Assembly: GCA_045616625.1 (NCBI GenBank)
Contig: JAZLHA010000002.1
Coordinates: forward strand, 40,482 to 104,481
Origin: Candidatus Enterousia sp.
Lineage (GTDB): Bacteria; Pseudomonadota; Alphaproteobacteria; Rs-D84
Reading direction: 5' to 3'
DNA: 64,000 nt
Under the pieces are notes generated by a model. The model did not search any database and was not told where the DNA came from. It saw only the letters and a program-made list of their open reading frames with translations. The position numbers and the translations under genes were made by a program. Position 1 is the stretch's first letter. The number at the start of each line of letters is the position of its first letter. Of the stretch, positions 38,371-48,418 are shown piece by piece.

Positions 38371-38499
38371 TCAAGATAATAATATTTTCTTGCAAATACC
38401 CAAATCTAATTTGCCATAGTTATCAACGTTATTATCACCTATTAAATCAATTGTTTTTGGTAACGGAACAAAATTTGCAATACTTAAATTAAGTTTCAT
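38371..38499 (-). CDS. Possible 42-aa small ORF upstream of dapA
   Basis: ATG at 38499 behind GGAGAG; MKLNLSIANFVPLPKTIDLIGDNNVDNYGKLDLGICKKILLS*; below the ORF-track cutoff. Confidence 0.3.
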   Translation of the reverse strand: MKLNLSIANFVPLPKTIDLIGDNNVDNYGKLDLGICKKILLS

Positions 38500-38537
38500 C
38501 TCTCCACCCTATTTTTATAATCTCGGTTCACAAACAG

Positions 38538-38802
38538 CTATCTCCAACCCGACCACCCTTCGCCAAGGCTTCGGGTGGCAAAGCCACGAATCCGCTTATG
38601 CTGTCGCTACAGCGAGATAAAATTCAAAACCACCACATTTGTGGTGGTTTTTAATTTTGTGTATGTGGTTAAAATTGGATTTGATATATCACAACAAAGT
38701 TGTCGGTTCGACTATGATTAAGCGAAAACGAGTCTTGCGAAGTTTGAGTGCTAACGAATGCGGCACAGGCATTTATGCCGAGCCTATCTTTCGCCCCGAC
38801 CA
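38538..38802 (+). repeat. Two further degenerate tRNA-Pro 3'-end copies with intervening palindromic elements
   Basis: CTCCAACCCGACCA (38542-38555), then CCCTTCGCCAAGGCTTCGGGTGG palindrome and terminator-like hairpin; CTTTCGCCCCGACCA (38788-38802) followed by a near-copy of the tRNA's downstream flank. Confidence 0.75.
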
Positions 38803-38889
38803 TAAAAATTCAAACCGCGTTTATCGCGGTTTTAATTTTTTACTCTTTTGTGGAACAGAGTGTAATTTTTTATAGTGGGTGTATCGTTT

Positions 38890-39768
38890 TTATCTTTGTT
38901 TTAAGTTATATGCGTAAATCATACCAGTAGTGTTGTTTATTTTGTTTTCTTTATATGAAACAAAAAAACCAGATTTTTCAATCATTTCTATTAATGGTTT
39001 GTATATTCCATCATGGTATTCCATAGAAATCGCATGCACAGATGACAATAATTTGTTTTTATACAAATCACTTATTATTTCACGTTCTGAACCTTCGCAA
39101 TCGATTTTAAGCATAATGTTATTTTTATCTGTATCTAAAATGCTTTTCAATTCCTGGGCAGCAGAATGTATAGATATTTTTTCCATATCGCATTTATTTT
39201 TTCCAAAAACTTTGGTTTGTTTTTCTGGAATACTGGAACAACAACCCGACAATTCAATATCATAAGGTAACTCAACAACAGTATATTTATTCCCTAGACC
39301 GTAATTATGTGGAATGATTTTTTGTGCCAAATCTGGATTTGCTTTTAAATTTCGAATTCCTAAATTATAAGTTGGCGTAAAAGGTTCATACGAATAAACT
39401 CTTGCTATATTTGGGTCTTGTGCGAAATGCAAACTAGCAACACCCATATTCATACCAATATCCAACACTGACCATTGTGTGTTATGACCTTTGTCAAAAT
39501 GATAACAATCATTAATTATTATATTGTTGATATGCATTATAATATTTGTGTTTAGTCCAGAAATAGTTAGTTTTTTACTGCTAATAACCAACGAACCATT
39601 TTTTTGTCTCTGTATAACAAAGCCGTTATTAGATACTTTTTTAGAATAACATGCATCAATTACAGCATACCGAACTGTCTTATATAGCTTAAAAGGCAAA
39701 CAATGTTGAGATATTTTCAAACAAGGACGTATAATATATGTACACAACACATCGTGAAAGAGAGACAT
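38890..39768 (-). CDS. FkbM-family methyltransferase
   Basis: VLDIGMNMG, YSYEPF, LKIDCEGSE, ISMEYH; visibly AT-richer than the core genes. Confidence 0.88.
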   Translation of the reverse strand: MSLFHDVLCTYIIRPCLKISQHCLPFKLYKTVRYAVIDACYSKKVSNNGFVIQRQKNGSLVISSKKLTISGLNTNIIMHINNIIINDCYHFDKGHNTQWSVLDIGMNMGVASLHFAQDPNIARVYSYEPFTPTYNLGIRNLKANPDLAQKIIPHNYGLGNKYTVVELPYDIELSGCCSSIPEKQTKVFGKNKCDMEKISIHSAAQELKSILDTDKNNIMLKIDCEGSEREIISDLYKNKLLSSVHAISMEYHDGIYKPLIEMIEKSGFFVSYKENKINNTTGMIYAYNLKQR

Positions 39769-39889
39769 AAAACAAACCTTTTGTTTGGTTGTCGCATTCT
39801 CTCTATTCCACTTGCGTTGATTTTAATATATCAAAAGGTTTACATAAGTCAAGTATTATGAAATGTTATCCTGAATAACAAAAAAAACT

Positions 39890-40105
39890 TTAATTTTCGC
39901 CCATGTGTTTGGCGTTGTTTAATGCACTGCGCAGGGCGTTTTCAGCAATTGTTCTGATTTTTGAGGCAAATGCACGCATATTCATTGCGTCGGCAACCAT
40001 ATCACCAAATTTGTTTGCGATAAATTCAATTTGTGACGGGGCGATAGTGTAAACGTCACTCGTTATGCTGGATGTTGATAATTCTTGAATTCTTTGATTT
40101 TGCAT
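39890..40105 (-). CDS. Small hypothetical protein
   Basis: 71-aa ORF filling the gap, GGGGG RBS. Confidence 0.5.
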   Translation of the reverse strand: MQNQRIQELSTSSITSDVYTIAPSQIEFIANKFGDMVADAMNMRAFASKIRTIAENALRSALNNAKHMGEN

Positions 40106-40196
40106 AAATGCCCCCCTATTTTCCTATGCATTATATCAAAATTTTATCTTTTTGCCACTTGTTTATTAGTGCTTTTAAATTATATCATAAAGTGAC

Positions 40197-40225
40197 TTGA
40201 CCGCAATCGGTAAAATTGCTATAAA
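40197..40225 (+). promoter_or_regulatory. Sigma70 promoter of secA
   Basis: TTGACC-N17-TATAAA. Confidence 0.65.
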
Positions 40226-40260
40226 AGTGCTGATAAACTGTAAGACTGTAAGGAAAAGAA

Positions 40261-42867
40261 ATGGTTAATATATTAAGAAAAGTATTGGGTTCGGCAAATG
40301 ATAGATTGGTTAAATCTTATGACCGGACTGTTTCACTGATAAATGATTTGGAACCTAAATATCACGCGATGACTGATGAACAGTTGCGTGAACAAACGGG
40401 CGAATTGCGTAAACGTATTGCGGCGGGTGAAAAAGAAAAATCTGTGTTGCCTGATGCGTTTGCTTTGGTGCGTGAAGCATCGGTTAGGACTTTGGGCCTG
40501 CGTCATTTTAATGTGCAAATGATTGGTGGTATGGTTTTAAATAATGGACAAATTGCTGAAATGAAAACCGGTGAAGGTAAGACACTGGTGGCGACTTTGG
40601 CGATGTTCTTAAAGGCGTTACATGGCAATGGCGCGCATTTGATTACTGTAAATGATTACTTGGCATCGCGTGACGCAAATTGGATGGGCGAAATATATCG
40701 CTTTTTAGGGCTGTCGGTCGGTATTATTCAACACGATATGACTGATGAAGAACGTCGTGCCGCGTATAATTGCGATATAACATACGTCACTAATTCTGAA
40801 TTGGGGTTTGATTATCTGCGTGATAATATGAAGTTCACTAAGGAACAACAGGTTTTGCGTCCGTTCTTTTATGCGATTGTTGACGAAGTTGATTCTATTT
40901 TAATTGACGAAGCGCGCACACCTTTGATTATTTCTGGTCCGTCCGAAGATATTAGCGATTTGTATAACAAGGTTGATGCAGTTGTCGCAAAACTGACGGA
41001 ATCTGATTATAAAAAAGATGAAAAAGACCGCCATGTGACACTAACCGAATCGGGTGTTGATAACGCAACACAATTGTTAAAAGAAGCCGGTGTTTTGGTT
41101 GGCGATAATTTGTATGCGTCTGAAAATGCTGCGGTTGTTATGCATGTTCAACAGGCATTGTTGGCGCATCACCTGTATCAAAAAAATGTGAACTATGTTG
41201 TCCGTAATGGCGAGGTTTTAATTGTTGATGAATTTACTGGTCGTGTTATGTCCGGTCGCAGATTTGGTCGTGGTTTACACCAGGCCATAGAGGCCAAAGA
41301 ACATGTGGCGGTGCAGCCTGAAAATCAAACTGTGTCGTCTATATCATACCAGAATTTATTCCGCCTGTACCCTACTTTGGCTGGTATGACCGGAACCGCC
41401 ATGACCGAAGCGGTGGAATTTGAAGAAATTTATAAATTGCGTGTGGTATCTATTCCGACAAATCGTCCGGTTGCACGTGTTGACCATCATGACGAAATTT
41501 ATCGCAACAAGGATGAAAAATACGACGCAATTATAAAACAAATCAAAGAATGTTTGGATAAAAAACAACCTGTGTTGGTTGGAACGGTTTCTATTGAAAA
41601 ATCTGAAGAATTGGCTGAAATTGTTAAAAAACGTCTGAAGATAACACCGGCGGTATTAAATGCCAAACATCACGAGTCTGAGGCAAAAATTGTTTCCCAG
41701 GCTGGTGCCCCAGGTGCGGTCACAATTGCGACGAATATGGCGGGTCGTGGAACTGATATTAAACTCGGTGGAAATGCCGAAGATTTAATTGCTGATTTGG
41801 ATAAAAATGCCCCAGATTACGAAAAGAAAAAGAAAGAAATCTATGATACAATTGAAAAAAACAAAAAATTGGTTTTAGAAGTTGGTGGATTGTATGTGAT
41901 TGGAACAGAACGTCATGAATCACGCCGTATAGATAACCAATTGCGTGGTCGTTCAGGACGGCAAGGTGATCCAGGTGATTCCAAATTCTTCTTGGCATTG
42001 GACGATGATTTAATGCGTATATTCGGTGCCGAAAGATTGAATACGATGCTTACAACTTTGGGACTGAAACCGGGCGAAGCAATTACCCATCCATGGATAA
42101 CCAAGGCCCTAGAAAAGGCGCAAAAACGAGTTGAAGCACGTTATTTTGAAGCCCGTAAAGAATTGCTGAAATATGATGATGTTATGAATGAGCAACGTAT
42201 TGTTGTCTATAAACAACGCGATGATTTAATGACATCCGAGAATTTGGCGCCTTTGGCGGATGAAATGATAGGTGATGTTGTTGAATTGATATGTGAAGCG
42301 AATATTCCTGAAAAAACACGTTCGTCTGATTGGAATGTTGCTGCAATTCATGATGCTATGTTACGGACATTTGCATTGGATATCACAGATATTGAAAAAT
42401 GGAAGTCTGATGAAGAAATCACAGAGCGCAAAGCGTATGAAACTCTGCGCGGGCTTGCAAATCGTCGTTATGCTCAACAGGCTGAAAAATACGGTCCTGA
42501 ATTGATGCAGATGGCATCACGTCAAATGATGTTGGGTGCGCTGGATAGTGTTTGGAAACGCCATTTGCAACAGATGGATTATTTACAAACTGCAATTGGT
42601 TTGCGTGGCTATGGCCAGAAAAATCCGTTGTATGAATATAAACGCGAATCTTTGGATATATTCAGAAATACGATGAATAATTTTAAGTTGATGTCTATCA
42701 CTTATATTTCTCGTATGGAACTAACACGTGAAGATGTTAATGCCAAGGCACGTGAACATGAACAACATGACGAAGCGTTAAATCAGGCTGGCGATGCACG
42801 CAGAAATGCGCCATGCCCCTGTGGATCTGGATTAAAATACAAACATTGTTGTGGTAAGTTGCATTAA
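40261..42867 (+). CDS. secA: Preprotein translocase ATPase SecA
   Basis: MKTGEGKT, DEVDSILIDEARTPLIISG, ATNMAGRGTDI, GRSGRQGDPG, SEC-C RNAPCPCGSGLKYKHCCG. Confidence 0.99.
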   Translation: MVNILRKVLGSANDRLVKSYDRTVSLINDLEPKYHAMTDEQLREQTGELRKRIAAGEKEKSVLPDAFALVREASVRTLGLRHFNVQMIGGMVLNNGQIAEMKTGEGKTLVATLAMFLKALHGNGAHLITVNDYLASRDANWMGEIYRFLGLSVGIIQHDMTDEERRAAYNCDITYVTNSELGFDYLRDNMKFTKEQQVLRPFFYAIVDEVDSILIDEARTPLIISGPSEDISDLYNKVDAVVAKLTESDYKKDEKDRHVTLTESGVDNATQLLKEAGVLVGDNLYASENAAVVMHVQQALLAHHLYQKNVNYVVRNGEVLIVDEFTGRVMSGRRFGRGLHQAIEAKEHVAVQPENQTVSSISYQNLFRLYPTLAGMTGTAMTEAVEFEEIYKLRVVSIPTNRPVARVDHHDEIYRNKDEKYDAIIKQIKECLDKKQPVLVGTVSIEKSEELAEIVKKRLKITPAVLNAKHHESEAKIVSQAGAPGAVTIATNMAGRGTDIKLGGNAEDLIADLDKNAPDYEKKKKEIYDTIEKNKKLVLEVGGLYVIGTERHESRRIDNQLRGRSGRQGDPGDSKFFLALDDDLMRIFGAERLNTMLTTLGLKPGEAITHPWITKALEKAQKRVEARYFEARKELLKYDDVMNEQRIVVYKQRDDLMTSENLAPLADEMIGDVVELICEANIPEKTRSSDWNVAAIHDAMLRTFALDITDIEKWKSDEEITERKAYETLRGLANRRYAQQAEKYGPELMQMASRQMMLGALDSVWKRHLQQMDYLQTAIGLRGYGQKNPLYEYKRESLDIFRNTMNNFKLMSITYISRMELTREDVNAKAREHEQHDEALNQAGDARRNAPCPCGSGLKYKHCCGKLH

Positions 42868-42888
42868 GATTTAGGCGAAAGAAAGGCA

Positions 42889-45800
42889 ATGGGAGATTTT
42901 GTTCATCTTAAAATTCATTCGAAATTCTCGGTCGGGGCAAGTACTTTACAGATAAAAGATTTGCCCACCTTGTGTTCGGCGGCCGGAATGAGTGGATGCG
43001 CGTTGACCGATACTAATTTAATGTCGGGTGCCGCAGAATTTTCCGATTTAATGCCTAAAAACAAATTGCAACCTATTATTGGTATAGAAATTAGCCTGAA
43101 TCATCATAATGCAGACCCAAAAATTTTGCGTGCAACTTCACTATCGAAAATAGTTTTGTTGGCGCAAAACCACGAAGGGTACTTAAACCTGTGCGAATTA
43201 AACAGAATAATGTACATGCGTGGTGAAAATCACCATTTGGGGCCATATATAACTTTTGATGAACTGGGGTTGCATGCAAATGGTGTTATTTGTCTGTCGG
43301 GTGCGCATGATGGCCCAATCGGAATGACGATTTTGGAAAATCGGTTGGATCATGCGAAATCACTCGCCCAAAAAATGCTGGATGTTTTTGCAGATAGGTT
43401 TTATATGGAAATTCAGCGGCATGGTTTGGAAAACGAAATAAAAACAGAACCTGAATTCTTGAATATTGCACGTGAATTGAACATACCAATCGTTGCAACA
43501 AATGATGTATGTTTTGCCGCCAACAGTAATTATGAATCTGCGGATGCTTTGGGTTGTGTTTTGGGTCAAACCAAGGTTATTGATCCTGACCGTCCGCGTA
43601 AATCATCAGAACAGTATTTTAAGTCGTATGAAGAAATGGAGGAATTATTTTCAGATTTACCCGAAGCCATTGAAAATACTGTTGTAATTGCACAGCGATG
43701 CGCGTTTTTGGTAAATGTTCATGAAAAACCGTTGTTGCCGCGTTTTGGTGATAACTTTGATGCCGAATGTCAAATGTTGCGTGATAATACAATAAATGGG
43801 TTAAAGGCGCGCATGCGGGAAAATAATATCCAGGATACCAAGCCCTATTTTGACCAGGCTGAATTTGAATTAGATGTTATTATTGGTATGGGATTCCCAG
43901 GGTATTTCCTGATTGTTGCAGATTATATCCAGTGGTGTAAGAATAACGGGGTTTTAACTGGACCTGGGCGTGGTTCTGGTGCGGGTTCTATTGTTGCGTG
44001 GGCGTTGGGTATCACACATGTTGACCCATTAAAGTATGGCTTGCTGTTCGAAAGATTTTTGAATCCTGACCGTATTTCTATGCCTGATTTTGACGTGGAC
44101 TTTGAACCAAATGGAATTGAACGCGTGTTGGCATATATCTGTGATAAATATGGGCATGATTCTGTGTGCCGTATTATTACTTTCGGTAGCCTACAAGCGC
44201 GCGGTGCAATTCGTGATATCGGACGTGTTTATGGAATACCCTATTCTAAATCAGACAGATTGTCTAAATTGATTCCCCAGGACGCAAAAACCTTAAAAGG
44301 TGCTGTGAATACATCTTCTGAAATTCAAGATATAATACAATCTGATTCTGATATGAACAAAGTTGTGACCGTGGCTGAAGAATTAGAGGGGGCACTTCGT
44401 AATTTAGGACAACATGCTTGTGGTGTTGTTATTGGCGACCGACCGACAACACAAATTGCCCCCATATATCGTGATCCGGCGAACCCGTTGCCATCGTGTC
44501 AATATGATGGACATTATTTGGAATCGGCGGGGTTGATTAAATTTGACTTTTTAGGGTTGGAAACTTTGGTTGTATTAAAGTACGCATTAAAATTGGTACA
44601 ACAAACGCATGGTATAAATATAGATTTGGATACTATACCAACAGATGATGCCAAAACGATGAAATTGTGGCAAATGGGTTTGACTGAGGGTATATTCCAA
44701 TTCGATGCCCCATTTGTTAAACAGACATTACATAAAATGCACCCAACCAGTTTCTTGGAAATTTCGGCGTTAAATGCGTTGAACCGTCCGGGGCCTATTG
44801 CGTTTATTCCACAATTTATTGCTCGTATGCACGGTGAAGAAAAAATTGAATATGTTCATCCAAAGGCGGAACCAATCTTGAAAGAAACATACGGTATTAT
44901 TGTGTACCAAGAACAGGTTATGATGCTTACGCGTGCGCTGGCGGGATTTACACGCGGTCAATCTGATACTGTGCGTAAGGCTATGGGTAAGAAAAAGGCG
45001 GATCTGTTGGCTGAAATGGAAGTAAAATTCTTGGACGGTTGCGAGGCTGAAAAGACACTGGATCGTGCAACAGCAAAAGATTTGTGGGAAAAGTTCAAAG
45101 AATTTGCAAAATACGCGTTTAACAAATCACATGCTATCGCCTATTCTATTGTTGCAAACCAATGCGCGTATATCAAGGCACACTATCCTGCCGAATTTTT
45201 AGCGGCTTCTATGTCCAGTAATTTGAATGATACGGACCAGTTGGCTTTGTTTGTTGATGATGCCAAAAGTAATTTTAATATCCAAATTGTTCCCCCAGAT
45301 ATAAATGAAAGTGAATCTTTGTTTACTGTCAAAGATGGCAAAATTATTTATGGCTTGGCGGCTATAAAGGGTGTTGGAACTGTCGCAACTGATGCTATTG
45401 TGGCGGAACGTAATACGCATGGTAAATTTATAAATTTGACAGATTTTGCAAAACGTTGCGCACCGATTATAAATAAGCGTATTTTAGAAGCGTTTGCTAA
45501 GGTTGGTGTTCTTGATTCTTTGGAATCAAATCGTGCATCGTTATTTATGAATGCAGATATGATTTTGTCATACGCTTCTAAGAGTAAAGATAAATGTAAT
45601 TCTTTGTCTTTATTTGAAAATACGACCCAGGATGATGTGTCAGAAAACAGATTAAAACAAAATTTACCACATGTTGAGCCATGGTCTTTTGGTGTTCGTA
45701 TGGAAAACGAATTGTCTGCAATTGGATTTTATATTTCTGCACATCCGTTGGACCAATATAAACATTTGATTGCGAGTGAACATTTGCCAACAAGTGCAAC

Positions 45801-46296
45801 TTTAATTAGTATGGCTGATAGAAAACCAGTACAAATTGCCGCAACTGTTACATCTTTTTCACGTCGCAGAACAAAAGCCGGCAAGGAAATGATAACAATA
45901 AACGCATCTGATAGTTATGGTAATATAGATGCTGTTGCTTTTGGCGATTCTGCTATTGAATTTGCGAATATTTTAGCAAATGAAAGTTTAGTTTTGATAT
46001 CGGGTAAGACATCTTGTCGTGATGATAATGTTTCTATATTTGTTGATTCTATTATACCGCTGTCTCAATGGGTTGCTAATATAGCCAAGAAAATAACGCT
46101 GGATATTTGGGATGGTGATGTTTTAGGGGCTGTAAAAAAGGCATTGGCTTCACTTAAATCTGGTCAAACAAGGGTTGCTTTAACCTTGCATGGTGCCGAT
46201 AAAACCGCAACGATGGTATTACCGGGGGGCGTTTTGTTAAATAAAAATACTATTAGTGATTTTCGTGGACTTGGTATCAAGGTAAAGGTTGAATAA
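42889..46296 (+). CDS. dnaE: DNA polymerase III alpha subunit
   Basis: PHP N-terminus, GPGRGSGAGS, SMPDFDVDF, KFDFLGL, FNKSHA, OB fold. Confidence 0.98.
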   Translation: MGDFVHLKIHSKFSVGASTLQIKDLPTLCSAAGMSGCALTDTNLMSGAAEFSDLMPKNKLQPIIGIEISLNHHNADPKILRATSLSKIVLLAQNHEGYLNLCELNRIMYMRGENHHLGPYITFDELGLHANGVICLSGAHDGPIGMTILENRLDHAKSLAQKMLDVFADRFYMEIQRHGLENEIKTEPEFLNIARELNIPIVATNDVCFAANSNYESADALGCVLGQTKVIDPDRPRKSSEQYFKSYEEMEELFSDLPEAIENTVVIAQRCAFLVNVHEKPLLPRFGDNFDAECQMLRDNTINGLKARMRENNIQDTKPYFDQAEFELDVIIGMGFPGYFLIVADYIQWCKNNGVLTGPGRGSGAGSIVAWALGITHVDPLKYGLLFERFLNPDRISMPDFDVDFEPNGIERVLAYICDKYGHDSVCRIITFGSLQARGAIRDIGRVYGIPYSKSDRLSKLIPQDAKTLKGAVNTSSEIQDIIQSDSDMNKVVTVAEELEGALRNLGQHACGVVIGDRPTTQIAPIYRDPANPLPSCQYDGHYLESAGLIKFDFLGLETLVVLKYALKLVQQTHGINIDLDTIPTDDAKTMKLWQMGLTEGIFQFDAPFVKQTLHKMHPTSFLEISALNALNRPGPIAFIPQFIARMHGEEKIEYVHPKAEPILKETYGIIVYQEQVMMLTRALAGFTRGQSDTVRKAMGKKKADLLAEMEVKFLDGCEAEKTLDRATAKDLWEKFKEFAKYAFNKSHAIAYSIVANQCAYIKAHYPAEFLAASMSSNLNDTDQLALFVDDAKSNFNIQIVPPDINESESLFTVKDGKIIYGLAAIKGVGTVATDAIVAERNTHGKFINLTDFAKRCAPIINKRILEAFAKVGVLDSLESNRASLFMNADMILSYASKSKDKCNSLSLFENTTQDDVSENRLKQNLPHVEPWSFGVRMENELSAIGFYISAHPLDQYKHLIASEHLPTSATLISMADRKPVQIAATVTSFSRRRTKAGKEMITINASDSYGNIDAVAFGDSAIEFANILANESLVLISGKTSCRDDNVSIFVDSIIPLSQWVANIAKKITLDIWDGDVLGAVKKALASLKSGQTRVALTLHGADKTATMVLPGGVLLNKNTISDFRGLGIKVKVE

Positions 46297-46297
46297 C

Positions 46298-47143
46298 ATG
46301 AAACATATTCCTGTTTTACTTTCGGCTGTGATGGAAAATTTGGGTGAAATTCTTGGTAAAAATATAATAGATGCAACATTTGGTGCGGGTGGATATACAC
46401 GTGCTTTTTTAGAATCTGGGGCAAACGTAACTGCATTTGATCGTGATCCGAATGTTATAGAAGATGCAGAAATGATAAAAAAAGAATTTGGCGATAGATT
46501 TACTTTTGTTTCTAAACCGTTTTCTTATATTTCTGAATTAACTGACGAATATGACGCAATAATTTTTGATTTAGGAATTTCGTCTATGCAGATTGATGTG
46601 GCGTCGCGTGGTTTTTCTTTTCGTTTTGATGGGCCACTTGATATGCGTATGTCGGGGTCTGGTATTAATGCGTCTGAATTAATTGCTAATACAGATAAAC
46701 AAAGTTTAGCAAAAATTTTGCGCGATTATGGTGATGTAAAGAAAGCAAATGTGTTGGCACGTGTTATGCGACAGAAATTACCACAGACTACTTTTGAATT
46801 ACGTGATTTAATATATAATCCAAATGATGTTGCACCGGTGTTTCAGGCTTTACGTATAGCTGTAAACGATGAAATGGGTGAATTGGAACGTGCATTAAAT
46901 GCTGTCCCGAAATTATTAAAAGTTGGTGGAAAATGTATTTGTGTCACTTTTCATTCGCTAGAGGATAGAATAGTAAAAAGCACTTTTCGTGATTGGACAC
47001 TTGTTCCAGGTGATGTGCGGATTCCTAGCAATCAGGCGGCACAATTTGAATTATTGAAAACTATTGTACCAACAGACACAGAATTAAAAGACAACCCTCG
47101 TGCGCGTTCTGCACATTTGCGGGCAGTGAAAAAATTATATTGA
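46298..47143 (+). CDS. rsmH: 16S rRNA m4C1402 methyltransferase
   Basis: HIPVLL, DATFGAGG, DLGISSMQ, GPLDMRM, FQALRIAVN, FHSLEDR, NPRARSA. Confidence 0.96.
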   Translation: MKHIPVLLSAVMENLGEILGKNIIDATFGAGGYTRAFLESGANVTAFDRDPNVIEDAEMIKKEFGDRFTFVSKPFSYISELTDEYDAIIFDLGISSMQIDVASRGFSFRFDGPLDMRMSGSGINASELIANTDKQSLAKILRDYGDVKKANVLARVMRQKLPQTTFELRDLIYNPNDVAPVFQALRIAVNDEMGELERALNAVPKLLKVGGKCICVTFHSLEDRIVKSTFRDWTLVPGDVRIPSNQAAQFELLKTIVPTDTELKDNPRARSAHLRAVKKLY

Positions 47144-47196
47144 CCTAGAGTGGCAAAATAAGTTAAAATCATTCAGAAATGAAAGGAAGGATTGAA

Positions 47197-47745
47197 GTGA
47201 AAAAAGTGTTATCATCTATATTGTTCGCTATTATTGCGATTTTGTTTGTTTTGCCAGTTGCAAATGCTATGTGTCCAGTATGTACAGTTGCCGTCGGTGC
47301 AGGATTGGAAGGAGCGCGTTTGCTGGGTGTTGATGATGTTATTACTGGTATTTGGGCGGGTGGTTTAACACTGTCTTTGATTGGTTGGACCGCTAATTAT
47401 ATGCGTAAACGTGGGGTTAGTCGCCCTATTTGGTATATTTTAAATTTTGTTGCTTATTATGCAATTTTGGCGCTGGTTTATTTTATTCCATCTAGTAATC
47501 CAATAGTTTTATTTAATGATAGGTGTATGTGGGGAATTGACCAGTTTTTGCTAGGCGTTTTGACAGGTAGCATTGTATTTTTCTTGATGGAATTATGGTA
47601 TTCCAAAATCAAGGCCAAAAATGGTGGGCATGCTCAATTTCCTTTTCAAAAGGTTGTTATGCCGTTTGGCGGACTCTTAGTTGTGACATTGATTTTCTGG
47701 TCAATAATTAAATGGTTACCACAAATCGGTATAACATTATGCTAA
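47197..47745 (+). CDS. Membrane protein with N-terminal CPVC motif
   Basis: GTG start behind AGGA; signal-like segment then MCPVCTVAVGAG; about four TM helices. Confidence 0.8.
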   Translation: MKKVLSSILFAIIAILFVLPVANAMCPVCTVAVGAGLEGARLLGVDDVITGIWAGGLTLSLIGWTANYMRKRGVSRPIWYILNFVAYYAILALVYFIPSSNPIVLFNDRCMWGIDQFLLGVLTGSIVFFLMELWYSKIKAKNGGHAQFPFQKVVMPFGGLLVVTLIFWSIIKWLPQIGITLC

Positions 47746-47767
47746 TTTTATGTAAAGGAAGTAAGCG

Positions 47768-48361
47768 ATGAAAAAGAATATGAAAAAATTATCTTTGGAT
47801 GAAATGATAAATAAATTGGATACAGCCAAGAAAGCAAACCCATTGGATTTGTCTTCGGACCAGGATTTATCTATTGCGTTGATGAATTTAATTTCATTAG
47901 AAGAACACTTCTTTTTTAGTGGTGCGAAAACCCAAAAAACCGGTTTTTACGATATGGTTAATACTGTTCGTAATATGCGTAAAGAATTGATGGAACGTAT
48001 TGTTGATAAATCTTCGGCTGAGGGTGGCGAAGTGTGGTGTATATCAAAGCATTTGTTGGCTGCTGCTATGCGATTGATGGAGGTTGGAACCAAAGCGTTG
48101 GGTGCCGGTAATAAAAAGGATGCCTATGCGATGTTTAATCGTGCATATGATTTGTATTCTTTGTTCTGGGGATTAAATATGCACTTGATTGATTTAGATG
48201 GTGTTCACGAAAATATCCCTGAATTTTATGATTCTGTTGTTAAAGATTGTGTGGTAAAAGTTTCAAAAAAATCAACGCCTGTTACAAAGGCAAATGATGT
48301 ATCTACGGTAAAAAAATTGGGACAATGGGTAAAGAAAGCTGTAAATTGTTGCATTGAATAA
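47768..48361 (+). CDS. Helical hypothetical protein ending in CCIE
   Basis: DLSIALMNLISLEEH, EVWCISKHLL, C-terminal NCCIE; AAGGA RBS. Confidence 0.8.
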   Translation: MKKNMKKLSLDEMINKLDTAKKANPLDLSSDQDLSIALMNLISLEEHFFFSGAKTQKTGFYDMVNTVRNMRKELMERIVDKSSAEGGEVWCISKHLLAAAMRLMEVGTKALGAGNKKDAYAMFNRAYDLYSLFWGLNMHLIDLDGVHENIPEFYDSVVKDCVVKVSKKSTPVTKANDVSTVKKLGQWVKKAVNCCIE

Positions 48362-48418
48362 AATGAACTTGATTTCGTTTTGTTAAAAGTGGTACAATAA
48401 TAAAAAGAGAGAAGAAAT

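Noticed and set aside
38320-38520. Lysine riboswitch upstream of dapA
   Set aside because: No AGAGGUGC-type motif or multi-stem structure on the minus strand.
37173-38882. Repeats as a CRISPR array
   Set aside because: The copies are degenerate tRNA 3' ends at irregular spacing with genes between them; no cas genes.
38639-38930. Two short plus-strand ORFs
   Set aside because: They run through terminator hairpins and att repeats, have no clear RBS and no protein-like features.
42889-43700. Degenerate PHP metal ligands in DnaE
   Set aside because: An inactive PHP domain is normal in proteobacterial DnaE.
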